A stretch of DNA of 49,426 nt, filler included, from Streblomastix strix (taxonomy: Eukaryota): assembly GCA_008636045.1 (NCBI GenBank). It is 3 parts of 3 records of this genome, joined end to end, with 100 filler letters (N's around TTAATTAATTAA, not from the genome) between each part and the next. Parts side by side here need not be neighbours in the genome. Positions count along the whole stretch, not along the records: positions 16,511 to 32,918 come from SNRW01000818.1; positions 33,019 to 49,426 come from SNRW01000819.1; 1 more part is not named here. The stretch is one strand, 5' to 3'. A model generated the notes under the pieces. That model was given only the letters and a program-made list of their open reading frames with translations, was not told where the DNA came from and did no database searches. How positions within the stretch are numbered: the stretch's first letter is position 1; every line of letters begins with the position of its first letter. Below are positions 27,631-39,800 of the stretch, piece by piece. The translations under genes and the position numbers were made by a program.

Positions 27631-27894
27631 TATGCCGCCAACTTTCTTCGAAAAGCCAGCTTCGCCAGAAGATCTGACTTAGTGAAACTCAAACCTTAGG
27701 TTTCGATCTTTGATCGCGCTGACAGAGTCGGTATCATGCTATTTATATCCATAAATGATACAACAAAATGAACACATTATTTGTAACAATAATCTACACT
27801 AACTACTTACATAAATGGAATTTATATTTTTAAATTTTTTATATTTTTTTACAATATTGTTACCATAAATATATACAGTTTACACATAGCTTGA

Positions 27895-28458
27895 CTTCAT
27901 TCAAAATCCTACTTTTTTGACGATTCCAGTGATAACTGTTTGAAAATAAACATAGATAATATTTATGTAAAATTATTGTTCATTAATAATATTTTTTTGT
28001 AGTATTAAATGCTCAGAGGTAAATGAATAGCATTTAAACTATATATAGATGATTTTGCTAAATTAATATATTATATATGTCCATTCGATTAAAAATTAAT
28101 AAAAAACATTAATAGAAAAGCACCTTGTGTTAGTATTTTTCAAGAATATTATGATATAATTCAAGCAATATATTATCTTTGGTGTGTTGTAAGAGATTAT
28201 TATGAATAGAATAAAGAATTTTAAGTAAAATTTAACAAAATAATATAAGTGTATAATAAATCTAAGAATAATTATTGGAAAATAACATAGAATGAAGATA
28301 AAATTTAAATATTATTATAAGAAGAAGAAGAAGAAAGTGATGAATTCATTATCACTTCAAATGAAGATGAAATTAATTCAGATGATTAAAGTGATAAGTA
28401 TGACGATTGCAAATTTGATGATTATACATTTTATGGTAATAATTATGATGATGATTGA
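27895..28458 (+). pseudogene. Degenerate intronless ORF with acidic tail, convergent on the pPolB gene
   Basis: Frame ..MLRGK*IAFKLYIDDFAKLIYYICPFD..EEEEESDEF..DDD-TGA has one internal TGA at 28024-28026. No recognisable domain. Confidence 0.35.
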
Positions 28459-28600
28459 AAATATTGATTAAAATTATGAAATTGGAAATTAAATATATCA
28501 TATATAAAAATATACTGAATTTAATTCAATCAGAAGCAAACTCTTTGAATTAATTTTATATAATTCTATCTTCGATGGTATCGTAATTCCAGCTTCAACT

Positions 28601-31600
28601 TCATTAATCAATTACATAATGATTTGCATTAATTCCATACATGAATGATGCACAACATCCGTGAGCTAATACAACCATTTTATTATGAATTCCTGTTAGC
28701 GCTGACTTTTCTATACTAATCATGGACATTACTCCCATTTTCATCTATAAATTATTTGTTATCACATTGATGTTACATCCTTCATTCAGGCATTTAATGT
28801 AGTCACTAGTTGTTAGATTTGCCTTCTTCGCACTAAATCCTTTCATTCTATTTACAAATGGCACTATGTCATCATTTTATTCATTTCCATTGTATAGACT
28901 AAAACATTTAGGTGCTAGACAAATGATATTTTCTCCATATGATTCAGTTATAATAACCATTAATTTCTTCTCTTCAGCGACAGTACAATCATTCCATGGA
29001 AGCCATTCTTTATATTACTAGTCATAAAATTTTTAATTTTTAATCACATACTTCAACCCTTATTTATAGCCTTCAATTTATGATCCTGCAATAGCTAAAT
29101 ACAATGAGTCAGTATCCATATTATAGAAGTGAACCACAACCATATCAATACATTTATAGAGGAAGTTGTATACAAAATTTAGATACCAGAATTTGCTATT
29201 GTCTAATGTGAATACAGCCTCTTGAAAAGGTTAATTACATTTAAATTATCTAGGTGATTCATTAACTATATATTATGCTTCATCAATAACTTTACCATCA
29301 GAATTGTATATATCATCACTTAATTTTCTTGTTGCTTTATGTTCTTATTTCAATTATTAGATTGATGCATCTCTAGCATTGTTAAATGATATCTTATCAA
29401 ACTTAGCATTATTTTATCCTTCTCCTCCAAAGGCACTTTTTAGAATCTATTTATAGTATAGAGATTCCGTGTCATTATGTTGGCTAATTGCTTCTTATCT
29501 CTTACTCATCATTGTACAAGCAAATGATTCAAATTCTAAGTGTCCATCGAATAGGGCTATTGAATCAATGTCATCAATAATAAGGTTACAATAATCAATC
29601 AAAAATCATAATATGTAATTAGTGAAACACATGAATTGATTGTGTGTTGATAGCAATGATGTTAGTTTTGTAGTAGATTTATCTACAGTTAATCCCTGTG
29701 ATTTCATCTTATTGTACATAAATTCTCCTATCTATTCAACCGAATTATTATACGTTAACTTCCTCCATATAGGTGCTAAATTTATGTGTGAATTAATATG
29801 TTTTTCATCAATATGACCTGTAATTTTAACACAGAATAGCTATCCTTTGCCATTAAATCTATCTTCACTCATAATTATATCTCGAGCTTTCTATTTTGAA
29901 TTATTAGATGTACATTTGAAGTAGCTAGTCAAAACATTTGCTTAATATATTCGATTATTCGTATAAAGGTTATTTTTGTTGAAGATACCACTAAATACGC
30001 CGGGATAGAGAGAGTTGAAATCTAAGTTAAGGATGTGAGTGATTATATGTTCGGTATCATAAGATGTTATTGTTTTAGTAACGTGATTATATCTAAGTTT
30101 GTTAATATGTGTGACACCTTTCAAATTACACTAATGATACACATTAGACAGCCCACTCTACATACATTCCTTTAACATATTATATACAGACTCGTTATTA
30201 ATGGTCATAGGCAGATGTTCGTTGATTATATATTTCTTTAATTGTATCTTTAATTTACTAATATCATTATCTTTATCAGCCTTAACTGTATTACATATTT
30301 GACATGCTAGTTAACAGTTCTATTTTGTATGGCCAATTGAATTATCAATTCTGTCTAAAGTAGGTTTGTTTTCTTTAATGAATTTATTGTGACAGATATG
30401 ACATGTTTCACTAGCTACTTTATCTCTAATCCAATCAACATCATCTTCGATAACATTGTTGGTTGTTTCTCTTTTAGCATACTCATCTAGATTAATATAT
30501 CCCTTAACTTTGTTATTCCACCAGTATTAAGTAACTTCGAATTATTCAAATCCATTAACTATATTATTACTTGTATTGATATCGAACTTGTCATAACAGT
30601 ACTTGTATTTAATTTGACTAGCAATTTGAGCTAATGACATACATCCTAACATATCGACTTTCTCTTCCCATGTAATTTGAATAAAATGATTGATAGGGTT
30701 GATCATACAGGTAACATCTTTGATATTATAGTGCTTTAGATACTCCCATCAGTTTTCAAAGTTGATAGAATCATTACTGTACTGTTCATAATCATCATCA
30801 CTAATATTCTTATTATTAAGTTTATCATAGAAATCTTCCTTAGTGAATGATTCTGATTATCCTAATATCTGTTTATAATTATAATAATTGAATGATCCAT
30901 GTTGAAATATACCCTTTGTTAATTTTATACATTTAGTACCAAATTTCTCAACGAACTACTTTAAGGTGTTGTTTGGTGGAATGAATGATAATATATCAAT
31001 AAATCTCAAATCAAAAATCATAATCTTAATGTAATACAATTGCCTATTTGGCTTGAGTTGTTGATCCCTTATATCAAATTTTGACTTATTTTTAATTAGA
31101 TATTTGAGTAACAAATTCATATCGAACTTCTTAGAATTGAATCCAATAACAGACACTTAAAATTTGTATTGTTCATAGTGCTTATCTTCAATTGTGACAT
31201 CAGAGATATTTGATTGATTTGCTTCATTAACTTTAATAGCAACTTCAAACAATTAACTTATCCATTATTCAATAAAATCAGATCCATTTCGTAAATCAAA
31301 ATATAACGTCGTAATTTAGTCATTTATTGTCGCTGCTGTAGCTACATATATTGGTTTTAAATAAGCAAGTACATTGTCTTCATTAGTTATGTTCTCTATT
31401 GTTTCAAAATCAAATGTAATGTAATTTAGTATAGAAAATAACAATTCTTATTAACCTGTTGCATTTAATTTATATAGTAGTTTATTATTTGAAATATGTG
31501 GATAATACAGCTTTGGTAAATGATCTAATTTAACTTATTTTGATGTCTATAGACCCTAACAGTACTTCAAATGTCTAGCAAGGTCTCGCTTATAATTCTA

Positions 31601-31920
31601 ATTCTTTGTATTAAATATCATCTAACAGTTGCGAGGACTTAGTATTCCATTAATTATTTTATCAATATCACTAATATACATTGCATGGATTTCATCAACA
31701 ATTGACAAAGGAACTAATAGAACATTAGCAGTTTGACAATCCTTTTCAATAATATATTTTTCAAATTTACTGAATTATTCAGGTTGATTTTATCTTGTTT
31801 TCATCGCCTTATCAACATATATATATGTTATTACATTTAGTTTGAGCATCTGTTGATACTTTTCCAAATCAGTTACATAATTGAAACCGTTATATTTTTC
31901 TAGTAATTATTTATTAACTT
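28601..31920 (-). mobile_element. Decayed Polinton/Maverick-like protein-primed family B DNA polymerase with HNH insertion (5'-truncated pseudogene)
   Basis: ExoI TFDFET (~31405), ExoII GFNSKKFDMNLL (~31130), ExoIII YNIKDV (~30720), motif A LDFNSLYP (~30010), motif B KQILKSAFGG (~29440), motif C MDTDS (~29110) and LAPKC. HNH-like CHIC..TLDRIDNSIGHTKQNCQLACQICN at ~30290-30405. In-frame TGA at 30749-30751 and 29606-29608. Confidence 0.88.
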
Positions 31921-32266
31921 TATTTATTTTTATTGGTTAAATATGTTTATTAATTCACTTATGATGGAAATTTTAAGTAAATTATCTACAATATTAATCA
32001 ATTAACTTAATCAAGCGATATAATTCTATTTCATAAAACAGTTTTAATTATTCACAATTAGAAAAAAAAAATAGTCTTATTATTAATATATTGTAGAGAA
32101 TATGAGTGAGATATTATATTTATTAAGTGAGCTTAAATTAATGATCAAAATTAAGACAGATTGAATAGCAAACACTAAAAATAACAAATATTTGAAAGGA
32201 GCTTAAATTTTAACAGATAAATTAAATCAAAATAAATTTTCATATTCTTTTTTTTTCTTTTTCATT

Positions 32267-32527
32267 TCACTTCCAATCTTTTCCCCACTCAAGAGCTTTA
32301 GATCCTTTGACGCTTTTGGCAGTTGATTAAATGAGTCTTTCAAATTTAGTCACTGTGAAGGAAGAAGATTCCTTGTATATGCAAGCCTGAAAGAATTAAA
32401 TTGTGAATTAATGAATGAATATTGAATATTAATTAAATAATTATTTATTGTAAAAAGTATTTAAATTTGTATTTGCACAACGAACCCAGAATCTAATAGC
32501 TTCGGGAAAACCAATCACAAAGTTTGT
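32267..32527 (-). pseudogene. Orphan 3' fragment of a SPRY-like-domain gene
   Basis: NFVIGFPEAIRFW|ACIYKESSSFTVTKFERLIQSTAKSVKGSKALEWGKDWK-TGA with an intact intron. It parallels the last two exons of 14849-16410 (..YISGIKEKIRFI|ATIH..). No homologous upstream exons are visible. Confidence 0.6.
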
Positions 32528-32918
32528 ATCAATATTTATGATAGAAGTTGGGGATGCTAAACTGACCTAGATGGTTTTGGATGGGTGGGTCGGTCAGAGT
32601 TCTGTGGGTAAGAATAAATATATGATATTGCAAAAATTGCGTTTTACTTTATGCTGAAAAAATTGAAAAAAGAAAAAAAGTAATAAAATCTAAACTGCAT
32701 CAACAAATAATTAGAATTATATGTATATATGTTGTTATTTAGTAATAATTTAAATATATTAAATTATTAAATATGCTATTTATTAAATAAAACTTGTGAT
32801 ACATAAAAGAATTGGCAAATAATAAAAATAATTTTGTTTGATGCAAACAGTATCATAATGGTAATTGTAATTTATTCAAATAAGTTAATAAACATATAAA
32901 TTTAAAAAATAATATAAA

Positions 32919-33018
32919 NNNNNNNNNNNNNNNNNNNNNNNNNNNNNNNNNNNNNNNNNNNNTTAATTAATTAANNNNNNNNNNNNNNNNNNNNNNNNNN
33001 NNNNNNNNNNNNNNNNNN
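32919..33018. other. Artificial contig spacer
   Basis: 44 N + TTAATTAATTAA + 44 N. Confidence 0.97.
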
Positions 33019-33589
33019 CAGATCCGATTTGATTGGATAAATGAGATATAAAACAAATTGCAATGAACCATCTTCGAATATGTATCATCTTTTATAAATC
33101 ATATTACATTCAAGTATTGTTTAATATTTCTCAATCGGTGGATTCATAATGACTAATTGATCGTATTGAAAACATTGAAATATTTGGATTAAGTTTTATA
33201 AAAGACTTTAAATTTAGAGAAAAATAAATTTTTTTCCATTTTAACCTGTCCATGCTGATTATGGAAAAATGTGGAGCTAATATTTAAATAATCTCATTAT
33301 AATTCTCTCTTGGAACATGATGAAAAACACAATTTCGATGGGTTTCACAAAACGAACTATAAATCTGGAAAGTAGATCAGTGCACATACATGGATATTTA
33401 GATTCAAATCAAAAATTTAGTTTCAATAATTTGAACGCAAACCCCAACTGAGGAAACACACTCAAAAGTATAAATTGTTTACCACGACTCTCCATTGTTT
33501 ATAATTTTGCTTAAAAAAATCATTATCAATAATATATAGTTTAAAAATCTTATTCTTATTCATTTGTTTGATTATTACTATTAATACTG
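33019..33589 (+). repeat. Left copy of ~570-bp inverted repeat bounding contig 3
   Basis: Reverse complement of 48855-49426 with about a dozen differences by eye. The outermost 127 nt are identical. Similarity fades by ~33620. Confidence 0.96.
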
Positions 33590-33644
33590 GAGTTCAATTC
33601 ACATTTCTTTTTCCAATTTTTTTTATGCTTTGTTTTACAGTACA

Positions 33645-36506
33645 ATGAATACTTTTTAGCAAATTGCCTAAGAAAATATCCTTGCAGAAATTGAGAGAAT
33701 TGAACTTGGTGGTGCAAACATCCTAATTGCAGGTTTGAGGCACTCGGGGAAATCTTCAACTGTGGCTGCACTTCTTGGCGTTCCTATTGAATAGTTCAAC
33801 CATCCCCATCATTTGAATCCTACAGAAGATGTGAATTTACTCCTTGAAGCAAGCAACATTTCTCTTTAACTTTCTCCACACCTTACCATTCATCGAATTA
33901 CATTACACAATACAAGAATTACTATTCTTGAAGTATCCCTTCCGAATCAACCTTTGATTGGCCAGCACGATGAAATATTTCAGAGAATAATATCATAAAA
34001 AAATAATGATTATTAAACATTGGTTCTAAATCCGAACTGTTAATCGATCCTTGAAGAAATAAGATCTTCATGCATAAAAGCTAATATTGAAATCCCTTCT
34101 TTAATTTCAAATTCAAATGAATCTTCACAGAATTAATAATAACATTTAATTGGACCAATTCATCTTGTTATATACATTACAAAATTACTTGATTAGAGTA
34201 GATAGATTGATTTGTCTTCTACCATATATTAGAATGTAACTCCAATTAATATTCCATAATTTACATCCATTATTCCACCTTAATAAACTTCATTCTCAAG
34301 ATCAATATAACAGTCATTAAATAATGATGAACATTATTCATAGTAATAAATTTATTTAATAAGTCATAAGACTTAAGAAGATTAAGAAAGATTATTTTCA
34401 GACCATATAATGCTTTTGCATATTCTTCTAGGCGGAATAACAATGAAAAATAATTCAATGATTGTTTTTACTCATTCAAATGAAGTAATATAAAGATAAA
34501 ATATATAACCATCATTTCAAACACAAATATCTTAATCTTCATAGTCAGATAGTTGTTTATAAATATTTAACAAAAAGAAAAAGCGATTCTTATCAATTAT
34601 CAAAGCATGCAATATTCGATGGGCAGAAATTAGCTATCTTTTTCATTAATAAACTTTTCTACATAAAATTGAGTAGGAAATTTATTTAAATAGATTAAAT
34701 GTTTGGAATGAGATCGATTATATATAGAAATGCCAATTAGAAATGAAAAGAATTAAATAAATGAAAATAAATAATCATTAAATAACTGATACTTCGAAAG
34801 TATTAAAAGAAACTACGTAAAACTAAGAAATTGATAATGATACTTATTATTATGATAGTGAAGATTAGTATTATGATTAATCATCTTCATCACCAAATGA
34901 ATAAGATTCTAATTAAGGTAAAATAATTTAATCAAATTAAAAGATAAAAGTTGGATTTGTTATGATTGATCATTCTTCACCATATATTAATTTATTTTAT
35001 TAATAATCTTCTTTAATTTCATTATAATAAACAAATCATATTAATTAATAAAATGAATAATAATCATATGAAGGAATTGATGAATATGAAGATATAGATG
35101 AAATTGAAGATGAAAGAGTTGAATTTGAAAAATTGTTGGAGTTAGAATTAATTTAAATGTAAGATGATGATGATGATGATAATAATAATTATGCAGATTT
35201 TAATAATTTTAATATTAAATAAGATTAATAATAATAAAATATGATCTAAACTCCTTTTCATCCAATAATTCATCCATCATTTTTCCCTCCTCTTCCAATA
35301 ATATAAATGAATTAATAATATTAATATCCTCCTTAGCCAATAATTTTGGATCAATTAGAATTATAGTAAATGATTAAATAAGTAAAAGATTAAAATATTT
35401 CTTCTTCAAATGGCTTATAGAATGCAATGATGTAAACTTTTAATGAAACAGATTAAAAATGTGATATATTAACTGATAATAAATTGGATAATTCTGCTGA
35501 ACCCATTTAACTTCCATAAATAAATAGTAATAATTCATATTAACAAAGTTATATAAATGAAACTTTGTAATATTCTTGGCTTCCTGAACTTTGGACAGTT
35601 GCATTTGAACGAATGGATACCTTACATTCATTAAATTTTCTTAAATCATAAATAGATAATAATCAACTATAGAATATATTAAGAGTAATAGATGATCCAT
35701 AAATAAGAAATAATCTGATCAATGAAACTTAAAATGAGAAAGTGGATGAGTAATAAAATATGAAAGATAACAAATGTGAACAAATTTAAAGAATTAATTA
35801 ATAATAATAAGATAAAGATTTCTTTACAATTAATCTGTTTAGTTCAGGAAGAAAAATAGGAATTTCTTTTGACTCGGATTCAATTCAAAGTAGATAACCT
35901 TCTTCAAGTGTTATTCTGACTCTTCGATTTTCTCGTCGCCTTTCAACAATAATTAAATCATTGCTAATTGCTTCAGGATCTTTATTTACATTTGCTAAAG
36001 TATATTAATCATTAGGATTTATTTTGGGTCCGTTTGGATCATCAATTGGAATTGGGTGTTACCTGGCCGCTTTTTCTGGAATTTCATCTTTTCTTGGATT
36101 AAAATCAAATAAATTTATTAATTATATTTTATAGAAGATAGGAATTCCTTCACCTATTGTATCTTTGCTTACTTTTCATTGGAAAGGGGCAAATTAAGGG
36201 AAGAAAGAGAAAAAGGAAGATTAAAATATAAATTCCACTTCTATATCATTAGTATCTTCATTTTTTAGAAATAATAATCCAATTATGATTCGTTTAGGGA
36301 AATAAATTGGATTATTTCTTATTCATGCCCTTCTATTAAGAAGAAGAAAACAGATTAAGAATAAAAAATAATAAAAATTAAACAATGAAGAAAGAATAAT
36401 AACAAGAAACATAACAGGATAAACTCCAAGACCTGAGTCATAATATAATTTATTATATTAAGATAGATTATTATCATTAAAAGAAGCAACAGAGACATAA
36501 TTATGA
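33645..36506 (+). CDS. Intronless ~950-aa AIG1/Toc34/Toc159-like P-loop GTPase-family protein with Q/N/D-rich inserts and a hydrophobic C-terminus
   Basis: G1 NILIAGLRHSGKSSTVAALLG (P-loop 33732-33755), then ITILEVSLP, PIHLVIYITKL, SMIVFTHS, FVMIDHS and SWLPELW. Gly-rich hydrophobic LLIASGSLFTF..LGFILGPFGSSIGIGCYLAAFSGISSFLG. No in-frame TGA until 36504. Confidence 0.72.
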
Positions 36507-36846
36507 AATTTGAATTAATTTCAAGGATGTAAAATGAATTGTGTAGATTAAGCTTCTTTGATTTAAGTTGAATGAATGTAATTATTATATCAACCTAATT
36601 GGGAATGTGCTTTTTTATTTATATTTTGTTAGAAAATCTTATTATAGTTCTTTTTTTCTAACATCTTTTTAATAATCTGTATTTATATGTTGTTTATTTT
36701 TATCATATGTTTTAGTAATTTTATTTAACAATAATGCAGAATAAATAAATGACATGAATATCAATTTGTGAAGGTTTTTGAAGTGAGCGTATATTTGAAT
36801 GTGTTCAATTCAAAATAATAATAATAATAAAATTGAATAAAATAAA

Positions 36847-39800
36847 TCATTCTTGTGATCTTTCAATAATGATTTAGAGATTCAGTGCATTTAAAAACTC
36901 TGTATTGCAGCAATCAAGGCAGCATTTTGCAGTTCTAGAAAGGAAAAGCGGTTGTTACTTAAGTCTATTGAATTATTCTGAAGATAAAGAGGGTATAATT
37001 ATCTGAATATATGTGGGAACTTCCTCATCATCACAACAATCTAAAACAGTTAGTGCAATTATAAGACGTTAAACAACTAATGGAATTTATTTCTTTTTTT
37101 TCTTTGGTTACTATTTTAAATTGATCCAACGATTCTATCTCATTCTTTTAAGTTATAAATCATTTCCTTCTTCTGATTCAACATCTGTTTTAATGCTTAA
37201 AATTGGTGTTACAGAAGCAGTTTTAACTTCTTCTGTTTAATCAGCAGACTAAATTGAATAAATCGATTTACCTGACTTAAGATCTTCAATATGTGATTAT
37301 AATGATGAAATGGCAGATCCATAAGAATTTATATTATTTGATAAGTTCTATTATAATTATTTTTAATTTTATTCTTCTTCAGTTTAATTATTTAATAATC
37401 CAATAGCAGAATAAGATCCAGATTGCTATATTCTTTTTAAAGAATTAAATGCTGAAATTCCATTATTGTTCTTTTCATTTCCAACTCCCATTTATTATTA
37501 TTATTATTAATTATTATTATTATTATTATTTTAATGATCAATTGTTTCTAAAGCTGCTTTTGTATTGTCTATATTTAATTTTTAATTATCAATTTTTTAT
37601 TCGTCTTTAATATTATTCTTGTTTAATTTTAATGAATTAAAAGAATCAAACCCAAATTGCAATTATTAATATTAATCTTTGATTGTTTCTGAATAAGGAA
37701 TATATTCTAAGTCATATTCCGAATTCATATTATACTGCTAATATTAATTAAATTATTATTAATTAATTTTACTATTATTATTATTAAAATTTTGCTTCTA
37801 ATTAGTTTATTCTAATTCTTAATCTTATTCAAAATCTTCTCCAAGAAATTGCTCATCAGAATATTAATCTTAGTCCTAATCTTAATCTTAATTATATTAT
37901 TAATAATATTATTAATCTTGATCTTAATTTTAATAATTATATTATTAATTATATTATTCTTAATTACTTCCGATATCGTCATCAAGATCATACTAATCTT
38001 GAATTAATTCATTTTAAGAATCAATTTATTCTAATGATACTGATTCATCTATGTTTCTCTATTCAATCTATTATCTTTATTTTATTTTCTCTCTTTCTTT
38101 CTCCTTCTATAATTCTATATCTATTTCTTTTTATCTTTCTTTTATTTGATCTAATTCTTTCTCTCTCTTAATTTCTCTTATAAGTTATTTATCTCTTTCA
38201 CTTCCTCTCAGTATTTCAATTCCTTTCCTCCAAACATATCCTGGTTTTATCTTTACTCCAAAGAAACTCAGATCTTTCTCTTTTTTTTATTTTTATTTCT
38301 TTTTCTTCTTTTTAACAATATCGCTATTCTACATTTTATTCTTAAACTTCTCCAATCTCTTATTTCTTCTCAGCATAATTTCCATTTTATCTGCATCTTC
38401 GATACTCAATTTAACATTTGACGTAAGAATTTCATTCATTTCAGCAGAAATAGCAGATGAATCATTATCATCTTCTGTCTAACTATTCTCTTCATATTCA
38501 TATTCATAACTATTTGAATCTTTATCATCATATATATCTTCTTATTCTATTTATAATAAATCTTATTACGGATCTACAATTATTTATTTTTAATCTTTTC
38601 ATTAATATTGTAATAATTATACTGTTGCTGATGATAATAATTTCTTTCCTTTTATATTTTATTAATTATTTGATTCTAGATCTTTATTCCCTTATTATTA
38701 TTAATTATCTATTATAAGATTTTATTATGCTTAAATGTTGCTATTTTATTATTATTTATTTGATCTTGATCTATTTGTCAATATAACATTATTATTTGAT
38801 TTTAAAGAAGGAGCTATCAAATTTTCATTTATAGTTTCATTTTCATCAAAATAATCAGATTAATTTGGTTATGAAAGTGGTTTTATTTGATTTGTTTCAT
38901 TTACCTGTCTTTTTATAAATGTTGGATCTTTCACTAATTCAGGATAAGGAAGATATCCTCTTCTTTTTAGATTATTTTATATAATTGAATATCTTTATAC
39001 TTATCCATATTATGAGTTAGATGGAAGAGCACCAGGATTTGACATTAATTATAATCTTTGAGAAAGTTATGATGATGAAGTCATTTAAGAAGTATTGGTT
39101 TTTTGAGAAAACTAAGTTTAAGGATATTAAGAAACGGATGAAAAAGATCTATATGAATGTTATCTACTTGTATTATACTGTGATTGTAAATTGCTATTAA
39201 TATTTAAATCTTCAATTATTTTATTTTGCAATAAAATATTATTATTTTCTAACGATCCAAATGAATTAAAATTATTAATTTATTATTATTCATTAATATC
39301 AATTTCTTTTTCATTAAATTATTATTAAAATTATTATTATTAAGATTATTATTATTATTATTACTACTACTACTACTATTATTCTACTTATTAAATAGCT
39401 TATTATTATTTTAAATTGTCTTATTAATTAATATTATCATTAAATAATAACGGTGTAATTGATGATTATTGCATATTTTATTACCAATTTGAAGTTGGTG
39501 TTTAAATTTATTAATATTAACTTCCTGGAGATTACAAAGACTTTATTTTTTTATTATTATATTCGTTATTAATATTCTTCTATATTCTTTATTAGTTGTT
39601 AGAAACATCAATTGATTGTGACATAGCAAATCTCTTCTAAACAATTGATTTAACTTATAAAATCATATTCTAAGATCTTTCTTTCATTTGTTGCAATTCT
39701 TAATTTGTCAATTTCTCTCTACCTTCATAAATAGCAGTTGCATAATCAATAGTTGAATTATATACATTTCCTTTTACGCCCCTTTTCAGAATTTATTCCA

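Noticed and set aside
28024..30751. TGA=Trp recoding in the Polinton-like element
   Set aside because: TGG is used for Trp, one TGA sits next to a TGG at a probable Arg position, the gene ends in TGA, and other lesions show ordinary decay.
33019..33145. Flush identical ends as proof of true termini of a linear replicon
   Set aside because: Exactly 127 identical nt is better explained by k-mer overlap at an assembly branch. No telomeric repeat, polymerase or transposase is present in the contig.
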